Source of the DNA: an uncultured Chloroflexia bacterium
GTDB taxonomy: Bacteria; Chloroflexota; Limnocylindria; Limnocylindrales; CSP1-4
Direction of reading: 5' to 3'
Assembly (NCBI GenBank): GCA_963849495.1
Contig: CAWKHN010000009.1
Coordinates: forward strand, 207,305 to 271,304
DNA: 64,000 nucleotides
The position numbers were made by a program, and so were the translations under genes. This document shows, one piece after another, positions 9,644 to 19,398 of the stretch; within the stretch, counting starts at the first letter, position 1, and each line of letters opens with the position of its first letter. The notes under the pieces were generated by a model, which saw nothing but the letters and a program-made list of their open reading frames with translations, was not told where the DNA came from and did not search any database.

Positions 9644-10951
9644 TCAGCGGAAGTCGAAGTTCTCGGAGTGGATGCGGCTCGATGCGATGCCCAGGCCCTC
9701 GAATCCGGCCCTGATGTTGTCGATCATCGACTGCGGGCCGCAGATGAAGACGTGATCGTCGGCCACGCGCGGGTTGACCGCGGTGAAGTCGGCGACGCCG
9801 AGGTGCCCGAGCGACTCCTTGTGGATCGGGATGACCCGGAACTGCGGGTGGCGGTCGGCGATGTCGTAGAGCTCATCGATGAGATACGCCTGTTCGGCGC
9901 TGGGTGTGCAGTAGTAGAGATCAGCCGCCGTCGAGCCATTCAGGGTGCGCGCCCAGCTCAGGAACGGCGTGATGCCGATGCCACCGGCGATCCACGTCTG
10001 GGCGTGAACCGGATCGTCAACCGGGTGGAAGCTCCCGAACGGGCCTTCCAGGTGCACGACGGCGCCTGCCCGCAGCTGCATCAGTCGTTCGGTGAAGTCG
10101 CCGAGGCGCTTGACCACGATCCGAAGCTGGTCGCCCGGAGCGCTCGCGATGGTGAATGGATGAGACTCGCGCGGGATCCCGTCCTGGAGGAACGTGGCGT
10201 ACACGAATTGCCCGGCCCGAAACTCGAGGACGCGGCCGACGGGTGAGAGGACGAGCTCCACGACGGACTCGTCGAGGCGACGAACCTCGTCCACGCGATA
10301 GCGGCGACGTCCGATGCCCAGGCGGTCGCCGACCAGCCGGTATGCCAGGCTCGCGAGGCCGACTGCGGTCAGAGACTCCAGGTAGGCCATCAACACCGGT
10401 GAGGACGCAGCGGTGCCGCCGCGCACCGTGAAGGCGTGAAACGCGACGATCGCGAACACGACCCCGAGGAGCCGCTGGACGAGCAGGAACGTCGGGTAGC
10501 TGACGCGGCCGAGCAGGGTGATCACGACGAAGGCGATCAACAGCACGAGCGCCACGACACCGCTGAAGGTGCTCATGTTTGTGGACGGCAGATACAGGTT
10601 CAGTGCTTTGCTGCCCGCATAAAGCGTGATGAAGGCGACGTGGGTGACCGCCAGGACCACGAGGAGCTCACCGACCCGCCGGTGCGCCAGGTACATCTGT
10701 TCGAGGCCGCCAAAGGCGCGTTCGATCGGACGGATCCGGCTGGCCAGCACGAGGCTTGCCGCCCACGCTGCCATCGCGAACAGCGCCGCGAGATCGGCGA
10801 CGCTGTGCAATGCCGCCTTCCCGCTGAACCGTTCGCTCAGCGACCCCACCATGAGCCATGGGATGAGGGGGACAAGCACGACCGCCGCCAGCCCAAACAT
10901 GGCCGCGCGGTTCGAAGCGGGATGATCGTTCCGGGACTCGATGGTTGCCAT
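9644..10951 (-). CDS. Ferric reductase-like (NOX-family) transmembrane flavocytochrome: FRD TM domain + FAD-binding + NAD(P)-binding
   Basis: 435 aa. N-terminal 6-TM domain with conserved His pairs (LAHRRVG, VTHVAF, AFHAF) for bis-heme binding. HPFTIAS FAD-binding motif (NOX/FRE HPF[ST] signature). C-terminal NAD-binding fold (VFICGPQSM). Confidence 0.85.
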   Translation of the reverse strand: MATIESRNDHPASNRAAMFGLAAVVLVPLIPWLMVGSLSERFSGKAALHSVADLAALFAMAAWAASLVLASRIRPIERAFGGLEQMYLAHRRVGELLVVLAVTHVAFITLYAGSKALNLYLPSTNMSTFSGVVALVLLIAFVVITLLGRVSYPTFLLVQRLLGVVFAIVAFHAFTVRGGTAASSPVLMAYLESLTAVGLASLAYRLVGDRLGIGRRRYRVDEVRRLDESVVELVLSPVGRVLEFRAGQFVYATFLQDGIPRESHPFTIASAPGDQLRIVVKRLGDFTERLMQLRAGAVVHLEGPFGSFHPVDDPVHAQTWIAGGIGITPFLSWARTLNGSTAADLYYCTPSAEQAYLIDELYDIADRHPQFRVIPIHKESLGHLGVADFTAVNPRVADDHVFICGPQSMIDNIRAGFEGLGIASSRIHSENFDFR

Positions 10952-11025
10952 GGACGGACCATCGAGTCCGCCCGTCCGGAAATCGTTACGGAAGCGGGTG
11001 CCCCGCCGGCGGCATCGGGCGGGTC

Positions 11026-11844
11026 CTACGTCACGGCGACGATCACGTTGCCCCGCTTGTGTCCGTTGTCAACGTACCTATGCGCGTCGACGATGTCGTC
11101 GAGGACGTAGGTGCGGTCGATCACGGGTCTGATCTCACCCTTCGTGGCCAGCTCCCCGAGCAGGGCCAGGTCCTCCCGGCGAAGCTTCGGCGACCCGTCG
11201 TCGACCGAGATGCAGGCGCCCCCGGCCGCCAGCACTTGCCAGCATCGCCGGAGCGCCACGGCGCTCTTCCTCTTGCCCACGGCGTCGAGGATCAGGTCGT
11301 GGCGCGCTCCCCCGTCCGTGAAGTCCTCGCGGGTGTAGTCGATCACCTCCGTCGCGCCGAGCGATGTCACGAGATCCAGATTTGGCGTGCTGCAGACACC
11401 AGTGACCTGCGCGCCGAGGTGTCGTGCGAGCTGCACGGCGGACGTGCCCACGGCCCCCGAAGCCCCATAGATGAGCACCCGTTGTCCGGCTCGAACGCCC
11501 GCCTTGCGCAGGAAGTGAAGCGCGAGCAGGCCACCGTACGGAATGGCCGCGGCCTCCACGTCGGTGAGGTTGGCCGGTCGGGTCGACAGGAGTCCGTCCT
11601 CCGGCCAGCACACGAACTGCGCGTACGTCCCGAAGCGCCGCTGGTTGAAGCCGAAGACGCGGTCACCCACCTCGAATGACCTGACGTCCGGTCCGACTGC
11701 ATCCACTTCCCCGGAGAGCACCATGCCGAGCACGGGTTGCCTCGGCGCGTTCCAGCCGAGCGCGAGTCGCCCCATGAGCCGGTAGGCGGGACTTATCCCT
11801 CGATGGCTGTCGGCCTGGGGGTTGGTGGCCATCGTCATGGCCAT
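11026..11844 (-). CDS. Zinc-type/MDR quinone oxidoreductase (NADPH:quinone reductase-like), N-terminus atypical
   Basis: GASGAVGTSAVQLARHLGAQVTGV cofactor-binding motif and MDR fold throughout. The N-terminal about 25 aa expected for MDR enzymes are missing or replaced (track ORF extends to 12000 with a non-homologous leader). Possible truncation. Confidence 0.65.
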   Translation of the reverse strand: MAMTMATNPQADSHRGISPAYRLMGRLALGWNAPRQPVLGMVLSGEVDAVGPDVRSFEVGDRVFGFNQRRFGTYAQFVCWPEDGLLSTRPANLTDVEAAAIPYGGLLALHFLRKAGVRAGQRVLIYGASGAVGTSAVQLARHLGAQVTGVCSTPNLDLVTSLGATEVIDYTREDFTDGGARHDLILDAVGKRKSAVALRRCWQVLAAGGACISVDDGSPKLRREDLALLGELATKGEIRPVIDRTYVLDDIVDAHRYVDNGHKRGNVIVAVT

Positions 11845-12230
11845 GGTGTCGGGCCTCCTGGTGATGCTTGGCCTGATCGACGGCTTCTCGACGCCGCAGC
11901 TCGTCCTGGCGGCTCCCATCGGCTTGCAGGAGATGGTCCTGGCGGTCTGGCTGATCGCCAAGGGGTTCAATCCAGTGGCGATCGCCTCAGCACCGGCCAT
12001 CGCCTCAGCGCCCGCCAGTGCGACCTCGCTGGCAGGGGCACAGACGCGGTGACGACGCAGTCGCGGAGACCTGCGCCCCTCCCGCCGCGCTTGTTCATCC
12101 CGCGCCGCGTTCCCTCGTGACCGGCATGCCCATCCGGACGCCCGTCCCTTCGTTGACGGTTCCGGTCAGGGCGCCGAGGCGTGCCATCGCGAGACGCCGC
12201 GCGACCTGCGCCGAAAGGAGGTCGTCTCGA

Positions 12231-12407
12231 TCACCTCTTTGACAGCAGGACGAAGAGGGCCCCAGCGACAACGAGCACCGCGATTCCCGCGACAAAGACC
12301 CAGTCGCCCCACCAGATGTCCTTGTTGATCCGGCCGACGAGGATGAGGATCGCGGACACCACCGCCATCAGGGTCAGGTATGGATGGGCCTTCACACGAG
12401 GCGGCAT
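12231..12407 (-). CDS. Small membrane protein (58 aa, two TM)
   Basis: ATG at 12407 with GGGAG SD 6 nt upstream. Hand-translated as MPPRVKAHPYLTLMAVVSAILILVGRINKDIWWGDWVFVAGIAVLVVAGALFVLLSKR. Below the track cutoff. Confidence 0.4.
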   Translation of the reverse strand: MPPRVKAHPYLTLMAVVSAILILVGRINKDIWWGDWVFVAGIAVLVVAGALFVLLSKR

Positions 12408-12471
12408 CTGTTTCTCCCTTCGATCGCTGCGGCCCGACAGGGCCCGAACATGCTGTTCCTACCCACGAGCG

Positions 12472-13662
12472 TTACCCATGGAACGCCTTCATGAACCGCA
12501 CCCGTGTGCCGAGGTGGAGCGCGGCGTTGCTGTAGATGCGGCCGGCGAGCCAGGTCAGGCCGACGATGGATGCCACGATCAGCCCGATCGCCAGGCCGAC
12601 CTGCCAGAACGGCACATCGCTGGCCGCCATCCGCACCGCCATGAGGATCGGGGCGAACGGCGGCAGCAGTGAGCACACCGTCGCCAGGGGGCCACTCGGA
12701 TTCGGCAGCGCGGCGTACATGAGCAGGTACCCCGCGACCTGGAGGATCGAGATCGGGGCGACGGCGCTCTGGATCTCCTCCTGGCGCGAGACGAGGGAGG
12801 CGACCGCGGAGTAGGCGGTGGCGTAGAAGAGGAAGCCGAGCAGGAACCACAGGATGTCGACCAGGATCGAGGCCACGCCGAGGGCCGGGATCGCGGCGAC
12901 ATTGGTCACCTGGACCGCGACGAGTGCGGCCGCGCCCACGATTGTGAGCTGCAGGAGACCGACGAGGCCGATCCCGATGACCTTGCCCGCGAGCAGGCGG
13001 CTCGGCCGGATCGTGGCGAGCAGGATCTCCATGATCCGGGTCGCCTTCTCCTCGACCACGCTCTGGGCCACCATGTTCCCGTACTGGCCGAGCGCGATCC
13101 AGAGCAGGATGCCGAGGGCCAGGCTGGCGAGCACGTCCTCGGTGTTCCTGGGACTGGGGGGCTGCAGCAGCCGGACCGGGACCAGGGCCATGGCCGACGT
13201 GACCGCCGCCGGTGAGAGACCGGCGTCGGACAGGCGGGCGGCCTCCGCGGCCAGGGACAGCGCGGACTCGACGTTCGACGGCATCGCAGCCTTCGCCACG
13301 GCCGTCGGTGCGGTCGACGACCCGGTCACGAGCACGTCGAGCGTGCCCGCCGTCACCTGCGCCTCCCCGGCGGCGACATCGGCGATGTCGCTGACGGTCA
13401 CATTCGCACCCAGGGCCGCGGCCGTTGCCGTGAACGAGCGCGCGAGCGCCTGCGACCCGCCACTGAAGCCGACCTGCACCGGCGTGGTCCTGCCGGCGAG
13501 CAGCGACGCGGCCACGATGCCGACGACGACGAGGACCGTCATCACGATCGTGCCGCCAACGAAGACCCGCGAGCGCATCCGCATGCGGACCTCGCGGCGG
13601 GCGACGAGGACGACGGTTGGCAGGCGGCGCGTTCCGCCCAGGCTCAGGAACCGGAGGTTCAT
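12472..13662 (-). CDS. ABC-2 family transporter permease
   Basis: 396 aa. N-terminal TM, large extracytoplasmic loop, C-terminal TM bundle. Overlaps the ATPase gene. Confidence 0.8.
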   Translation of the reverse strand: MNLRFLSLGGTRRLPTVVLVARREVRMRMRSRVFVGGTIVMTVLVVVGIVAASLLAGRTTPVQVGFSGGSQALARSFTATAAALGANVTVSDIADVAAGEAQVTAGTLDVLVTGSSTAPTAVAKAAMPSNVESALSLAAEAARLSDAGLSPAAVTSAMALVPVRLLQPPSPRNTEDVLASLALGILLWIALGQYGNMVAQSVVEEKATRIMEILLATIRPSRLLAGKVIGIGLVGLLQLTIVGAAALVAVQVTNVAAIPALGVASILVDILWFLLGFLFYATAYSAVASLVSRQEEIQSAVAPISILQVAGYLLMYAALPNPSGPLATVCSLLPPFAPILMAVRMAASDVPFWQVGLAIGLIVASIVGLTWLAGRIYSNAALHLGTRVRFMKAFHG

Positions 13663-14561
13663 GCCCCTGCCTCCCCGATGACGGTCCGGAAGATGTCGCC
13701 GAGGCTCTGCTCGACGCGGTGGAACTCGCGTACCGGTCCTGTGGCCAGCGCCGCCTGGAGCAGCGCCTGGTCGTCGACGCCTGGATCCAGCTCGAACACC
13801 AGGCCCGGCCCGTTGCGCGAGACGAGCCTCGCCCCGGGGATGTCCTCTCCCCAGACAGCTGCGGCGTTGGGCACGTCGACGAACCGGCGCTCGGCGGCGC
13901 CCGTGCGCAGTTCGGCCACGGTGCCGTGGGCCACGACTTTGCCTCGGTTGACGATCGCGATCCGGTCGCAGATCCGCTCGACGAGCTCGAGCTCGTGGCT
14001 CGAGAAGATGACCGGCAGGCCAGCATCGGCCTGCTCGCGCAGCACGGCGCTCATGACGTCGACCGCGACCGGGTCGAGGCTCGAGAAGGGCTCGTCGAGG
14101 ACGAGCATGAGCGGGTCAAACACGAGCGCGGAGGCGAGCTGGACGCGCTGCTGATTGCCCATGCTCAGGCTTTGGACGTCGTCGTTGGCGCGGTCGGCGA
14201 GACCGAACCGGTCAAGCCAGTGCAGGGCGGCATCCCGGGCTTCCGCGCCCGTCCTGCCGTGCAGCTCGCCGAGGTAGGCGAGCTGCTCCGCCACGTGCAT
14301 CTTGGGATAGAGGCCGCGCTCCTCGGGCATGTAGCCGATTCGGCGCCGGGCCTCGAACGTCAGGGGTGTCCCGCCGAACGAGACCTCGCCCTCGTCCGCG
14401 TCCAGCACGCCGAGCACGACTCGCATCGTGGTCGTCTTGCCGGCGCCGTTGCGACCCACGAAGCCGAACACCTCCCCGGCCGGCACGTCGAGGCTCAGGC
14501 CATCGAGCGCGACGACCTCGCCGTAGCGCTTCGAGACGCCATCGATCTCAAGACTCGGCAT
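13659..14561 (-). CDS. ABC transporter ATP-binding protein
   Basis: Walker A GRNGAGKTTT, signature LSMGNQQR, Walker B LVLDEP. Confidence 0.9.
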   Translation of the reverse strand: MPSLEIDGVSKRYGEVVALDGLSLDVPAGEVFGFVGRNGAGKTTTMRVVLGVLDADEGEVSFGGTPLTFEARRRIGYMPEERGLYPKMHVAEQLAYLGELHGRTGAEARDAALHWLDRFGLADRANDDVQSLSMGNQQRVQLASALVFDPLMLVLDEPFSSLDPVAVDVMSAVLREQADAGLPVIFSSHELELVERICDRIAIVNRGKVVAHGTVAELRTGAAERRFVDVPNAAAVWGEDIPGARLVSRNGPGLVFELDPGVDDQALLQAALATGPVREFHRVEQSLGDIFRTVIGEAGA

Positions 14562-14757
14562 TCATGCCTCCTCCGGCTCGGCAGCGCGTTGGTTCAGCGG
14601 CTGCGCGATCTCGGCGGCCGAGGGCAGGCTCTCGTCGCCGTCTCGCAGGCGGCCCTCCGTGCGGGTGCCGTCCACGAGCTCCGGCAGGTCCAGGGGACGA
14701 TTGTTCTGTCCGACATAGCCGGAGCATAGCACTACGGCTGAACGAGGGTGCTAAACT

Positions 14758-15396
14758 TTGGACGTGCGTTCAGGAGCCTCTACCAGTCGGGTCGACCGGA
14801 CTTTCACTGAGGCGGCCCGGTGTGCCCAGATCGTCCAGGCCGCGATTGACACGATCGCGGAGGTTGGCTTCGCGCGGGCATCCCTGGCCCGCATCGGCGA
14901 ACGCATCGGGATCAGCAAGGGCCTGATCGGCTACCACTTCGCGGGCAAGGATGCGCTCATCAGGCAAGTGGTGTCCGAGATCATCGACCAAGGGAAGGCC
15001 TATATGGTCCCGCGCATCCTCTCCGAGCAGCCCGGACCCGACATGTTGCGGGCATATATCGAGTCGAACCTCGGATTCATGCGAGACCACCGCAACTACA
15101 TGATGGCCATCGCAGAGATCAGACGGAATGGACTCACCGCCAACGGCCACCAACGGTTCTATGGCGACGACGACATGGATGGCTTCGCGCGCGAGCTCGA
15201 GGACTTGCTCTCGAGCCTCCAGGCAGGCGGCCAGCTCCGAGCCGACTTCGACGCTCAGGTCATGGCGATTGCTATCCGTGCCGCCATCGACGCAGGACCA
15301 CGCCGACTGGTCGATCCCGGCTTCGACATCGACAACTACGCGAGGCAGATCGCCGACCTCTTCGTTCAGGCAACGCGCCCCGAGGCAAAGTCCTGA
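14758..15396 (+). CDS. TetR-family transcriptional regulator
   Basis: TetR HTH: FARASLARIGERIGISKGLIGYHFAGKDAL. Confidence 0.85.
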   Translation: MDVRSGASTSRVDRTFTEAARCAQIVQAAIDTIAEVGFARASLARIGERIGISKGLIGYHFAGKDALIRQVVSEIIDQGKAYMVPRILSEQPGPDMLRAYIESNLGFMRDHRNYMMAIAEIRRNGLTANGHQRFYGDDDMDGFARELEDLLSSLQAGGQLRADFDAQVMAIAIRAAIDAGPRRLVDPGFDIDNYARQIADLFVQATRPEAKS

Positions 15397-15725
15397 CATA
15401 AGACGGATCGCGCGGGGCCGGATTTCCCCAGGCGATCGCCGCGCGGCCCAAGCCATTGACGTTCGACCGGAGCCGGTTCGTTCTGCGGACAGGCCCCGCG
15501 CTGGCGGCTCCTGCTCGCACGGGCCATTGAGCCGGCTCCCGTTGAGCAGCTGATCTGCCTCGGCCGTGCGGAGGGTTGGCTCGTCGTCGCCACTCTGGAG
15601 TCCCGCTGAAGGCGAACCCCCGCCGATGGGGCCGCGTCAACGGCCAGGATCCCGGGCCGGCGGGGCGGCCGATACGGCCGGTGCTTCGAGGTGCTCGATC
15701 CGTTGGCGACCAAACGCGATGCCCG

Positions 15726-16829
15726 TCATCCACCCGTGTCGCCCGGCACGACCGATTTGGCCGTCGAATCTGGGCTCTGCATGGATGCGTAGCAGCCGGC
15801 GACCGCCCGGAATGCCTCCTTGGGCTCCCAGGGCATGTCCGGGTAGACCGTCCCGTGGCGGCCACCGGGCAAGGCTTTCACGAGGGACATGGAGTCCATG
15901 TCGAGGTCGTAGCGAGGATCGTCGTCGGTGAGGGCTTCGGGTGTCGCGAAGGTCGACACCAGGGCTCCGGCCACCCCTGACCGTTCGAGCTCGTCGAGTG
16001 TCTCGGCGAGCTCGCGGGCCTGCATGGCCTCGTCACGCTGGAACGTCCCGTTCAGGCGGCCCCGGAAGAAGCGCCCAATGATGGGCCGTGTGTGGAGCCA
16101 CAGCCGGGTCGTGTCGGTCACCCCGAAGCCCAGGGCGCCCGAACTCTCCGCACCATGGTAGGTGCGCATCCCGAACTCGGTCACGATCACCGGCTTGCCC
16201 GTTGCCAGGAACGGCTGGAGCATCTCGAGGTAGCGGTCCTTGGTTCGCGCCTCGCGGTAGTGGTCGACTCCCACATAGTCGAACGGCACCCAGTCCACCC
16301 GCTCGAAGGTGAGCGCGGCGTAGACGAGCGGGCCATCGAATACGGCACGCACCCTGGGCACCAAGGCCGCCAGGTACGCGTCGAGCTTCCCGTTGCCGAG
16401 CAGCGCCGGGTCTGCCCTCAAGGCCTTCATGCGTCCGGTGATGTCCTTGCCCGGGAGGATGTCCGGCATGAACAGCGTGAGCTCGCCGCCGGCGACGAAG
16501 ATCACGCGCCCTGGGTGGGCAGCCGCGAGCCGCGCGGCCGAAGCCCCGGCCGCAACGAGACGCGCCGAGGTCTCTTCGGGCGGATACTCGAAGAAGGCCG
16601 GCGAGAACCACGCCTCGAGGCCGAGTCCGAGCGCGATCTCGGCCACTGCCGTCATCCGTTCGACGTCACTGCCCACGATCCGCACGGCGTTCGCGTGGAG
16701 GTCATCCCGGATGATCTCGAGCTCCCGGCGCACCACCGACAGGTCGAGCGCCGCCCGGCGCGTGGAGATGGCATATCCCGGACCGCGGAACGTCGTCCCC
16801 GTGTCGTAGTGGACTCCTCGGTGCTGCAT
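15726..16829 (-). CDS. Cytoplasmic glycoside-hydrolase-like TIM-barrel protein (GH-A clan, TEFG nucleophile motif), paralog 1
   Basis: ATG at 16829 with GAGG SD. 367 aa. VIVTEFG motif (GH5-type nucleophile context) and upstream GGELTLF. 45-50% identical to the paralog at 41155..42210. The longer track ORF 15726..17492 N-terminal part is an out-of-frame low-complexity artefact. Confidence 0.65.
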   Translation of the reverse strand: MQHRGVHYDTGTTFRGPGYAISTRRAALDLSVVRRELEIIRDDLHANAVRIVGSDVERMTAVAEIALGLGLEAWFSPAFFEYPPEETSARLVAAGASAARLAAAHPGRVIFVAGGELTLFMPDILPGKDITGRMKALRADPALLGNGKLDAYLAALVPRVRAVFDGPLVYAALTFERVDWVPFDYVGVDHYREARTKDRYLEMLQPFLATGKPVIVTEFGMRTYHGAESSGALGFGVTDTTRLWLHTRPIIGRFFRGRLNGTFQRDEAMQARELAETLDELERSGVAGALVSTFATPEALTDDDPRYDLDMDSMSLVKALPGGRHGTVYPDMPWEPKEAFRAVAGCYASMQSPDSTAKSVVPGDTGG

Positions 16830-16881
16830 GTCGCCTCGATTTTCGGCCTCGGCCGCCGTCAGACTGCTCTGTGGAGAGCAA

Positions 16882-17492
16882 TCACGCGAAGGGCAAGGCG
16901 AAATCGTAGTAGGGCACGCTCGTCTCGGTGATCGGATCGCTCGCGAGGTAGGTGATCCGCACGCCCAGATCCTCGGGCTTGAGGGCGAGGCGTTCGGGGT
17001 TGATGCCGTGCTCCCGCGCCCACGCCTGGAGCGCCTCGCTCGCGAGCTGCACCTGCGCCGCCCCTGGTTCCCGCCGGTGCCGGCAGGGAACGCAACGAAC
17101 GCCTCGCGATGCGCGGGCTCGGTTCGCAGGCCCAGCTCGGGATAGGGCGACGCCAGCGCCCTCGCATCCGTTCCCGGGACCGGCTTGCACATCTCGACTT
17201 GGCCCTCGCTGTCGGCGCTCACCTCACCCCGGTAGATGGTGAACATCGCGCCTTCGCGTCCCGCGAGCTTACGGAGCGGTCGCTCGCGCAGGATCGCCAC
17301 GAACTCCTTGCCGAACGCCCAGGCGGCCGCTTCGTCGACGGTGCGCTTCAGGCAGAGCAGGCTCCGCGCGGGCATCTCCCGTGTGGCGACTTCGTAGATG
17401 TGCGACGTCGTTCCACTCAGCCGCTTGCCGGTGCACGCTGTCGCCGGCGAACTGGCCCAGTATCGAACGTCGCAGGGAACGATCAACTTCAC
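16882..17492 (-). pseudogene. GyrI-like (AraC/MerR effector-binding) small-molecule-binding domain protein, frameshifted
   Basis: N-terminal half in the frame of track ORF 15726..17492 (MKLIVPCDVRYW...REAFVAFPAGTGG). C-terminal half in track ORF 16882..17190 (...LQAWAREHGINPERLALKPEDLGVRITYLASDPITETSVPYY). Together they form a typical GyrI-like fold pattern. Frame switch near 17100-17150. Confidence 0.45.
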
Positions 17493-17733
17493 CGCCGATA
17501 GACGATTTCCGCGGACCTGGTCACCAAGCTGGTGCGGTGCCGTCTCATCGAGTACGAGACTTCCCGATAGCGGCGGCGTGACGAGTGATCGACCGGATCA
17601 ACGAGCATCGCCGGTGTGGAGCAATCCGAGCATTCGAATACCCGCCCTCGGCACCGGTGTCCGAGATCTCCGACCTGGTTCGACGTCAAAGTGAACGGCG
17701 CTCAAGGAAGGCGCCGACGAGAGGAGTCTCGCG

Positions 17734-18153
17734 ATGAAGTACATGATCTCCACCTATGCGACCCAAGCCGACTACGACGCGATGGGCGGCAAGCGGGGTG
17801 AGGGCGCCGAGTGGTCGCCCGAGGATTTCGCGGCGATGGGCGCGTTCATGGAGGCGTTCAACCGCGAGTTCGACGAGTCCGGCGAGCTCGTCGAGACGCG
17901 CGGGCTCGACGCGCCGGTCCATACGCGCCGCATCCAACTCAAGGCAGGCCTGCCGGTCGTGACCGACGGGCCGTATGCGGAAACGCAGGAAGTGCTCGCC
18001 GGATACTGGATCGTCGAGTGCGCGAGCTTCGATCGGGCGACCGAGATCGCGGCGAAGCTCTCGGCGATCCCTGGCCCCGCGAGCGTCCAGGCGCGCGCCT
18101 ACGCCGACGTGCGGCCGATCGTCGAGTCGCGCGACGAGCTCGTCGAGGGCTGA
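17734..18153 (+). CDS. YciI-like / DGPF-domain protein
   Basis: 139 aa, MKYMISTYATQADYDAM..., ends EVRPIV-like. Classic partner of ECF42-type sigma factors. Confidence 0.85.
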   Translation: MKYMISTYATQADYDAMGGKRGEGAEWSPEDFAAMGAFMEAFNREFDESGELVETRGLDAPVHTRRIQLKAGLPVVTDGPYAETQEVLAGYWIVECASFDRATEIAAKLSAIPGPASVQARAYADVRPIVESRDELVEG

Positions 18154-19398
18154 GCTATCCATACCGAGCCGGGCATCGGGGACCTGCTGCGCCCGCTCGC
18201 GCCGCAGGTCCTCGGCGCGCTCGTCCGTCGCTACGGCCACTTCGATCTGGCCGAAGACGCCGTTCAGGAGGCTCTCCTCGCGGCGGCGGCGCAATGGCCG
18301 ACCGCGGGTGTCCCGGCCAGCCCGCTTGCCTGGCTGGTCACGGTGGCCTCCCGGAGGCTCACCGACATGCTGCGACGTGAGCAGGCGCGACGGCGACGGG
18401 AGGACCTCGTTGCCGAGTGGATCCTGCCGACCGATCGGTTCGCGCCCGGAGCCGAGGCCGCGCGAGACGACGGCGACGACACCCTCATCCTGCTCTTCAT
18501 GTGCTGCCATCCGTCGCTCTCGCAGGCATCGCAGATCGCCCTCACGCTCCGGGCACTTGGCGGCCTGACGACGGCGGAGGTCGGCCGTGCGCTCCTCGTG
18601 CCCGAGGACACCGTGACCCGGCGGATCAGCCGAGCGAAGCAGGCGATACGGGCGAGCGGGATCCCATTTCGACTGCCCTCCCGCGCCGAACGTGCGGACC
18701 GGCTCGCGGTCGTCCTCCACGTCCTCTACCTCATCTTCAACGAAGGCTACGTGAGCACGGCGGGACCCAGCCTCCAGCGGGTCGACGTTGCCGCGGAGGC
18801 GATCCGCCTCGCCCGGATAGTCCGCCGGGTCCTGCCCGACGACCCCGAGGTCGCGGGCCTGCTCGCCCTCATGCTCCTGACCGACGCCCGACGGAACGCG
18901 CGAACTGGGCCTGCGGGCGAACTCATCCCGATGGCGGAGCAGGACCGGAGCCTGTGGGACCGCGCCGAGGTCGCCGAGGGGAGCGCGATCGTCGCGGAGA
19001 CCCTCGACCGTGGCGTCGTCGGCCCGTACGCGCTGCAGGCCGCGATCGCCGCGGTCCACGACCAGGCGCCGAGTGGCGAGGCGACGGACTGGATCCGGAT
19101 CGAGCGGCTGTACGAACAGCTGGCGACGGTGTCTGATACCCCTGTGGTGGCCCTCAACCGCGCCGTCGCGGTCGCCATGGGGCACGGCGCCGAGGCCGGT
19201 CTCGCGATGCTCGCAGGCCTCGAGAACGACCACCGCATCGCCGCGGACCACCGCCTCTACGCCGTGCGAGCGCATCTGCTCGAGATGCTCGGCCAACGGG
19301 ACGCCGCGCGCGAAGCGTATGAGGATGCAGCGGCTCGTACCGGCAATCTCGCGCAGCAACGCTACTTGCGCGAGCGTGCCGCTCGGGCCTCTTCCTGA
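18154..19398 (+). CDS. ECF sigma factor with C-terminal TPR-like extension (ECF42-like); start codon unresolved
   Basis: Region 2 (DLAEDAVQEALLAAAAQWP...NPLAWLVTVASRRLTDMLRRE) begins immediately after the YciI TGA in the same frame. First canonical start (GTG 18343) would delete sigma region 2.1-2.2. C-terminal 200 aa is the ECF42-type extension. Confidence 0.75.
   Translation, partial: AIHTEPGIGDLLRPLAPQVLGALVRRYGHFDLAEDAVQEALLAAAAQWPTAGVPASPLAWLVTVASRRLTDMLRREQARRRREDLVAEWILPTDRFAPGAEAARDDGDDTLILLFMCCHPSLSQASQIALTLRALGGLTTAEVGRALLVPEDTVTRRISRAKQAIRASGIPFRLPSRAERADRLAVVLHVLYLIFNEGYVSTAGPSLQRVDVAAEAIRLARIVRRVLPDDPEVAGLLALMLLTDARRNARTGPAGELIPMAEQDRSLWDRAEVAEGSAIVAETLDRGVVGPYALQAAIAAVHDQAPSGEATDWIRIERLYEQLATVSDTPVVALNRAVAVAMGHGAEAGLAMLAGLENDHRIAADHRLYAVRAHLLEMLGQRDAAREAYEDAAARTGNLAQQRYLRERAARASS

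Noticed and set aside
12392-14026. 544-aa minus ORF and 12854..13681 plus ORF
   Set aside because: Alternative frames or antisense of the ABC permease and ATPase genes. Composition artefact.
16092-16931. 279-aa + ORF and several 100-200 aa ORFs at 16-17.2 kb
   Set aside because: Antisense or off-frame of the GH-like gene. Arg-rich.
17686-19359. 557-aa minus ORF
   Set aside because: Antisense to the YciI and ECF sigma genes, which have clear domain signatures.
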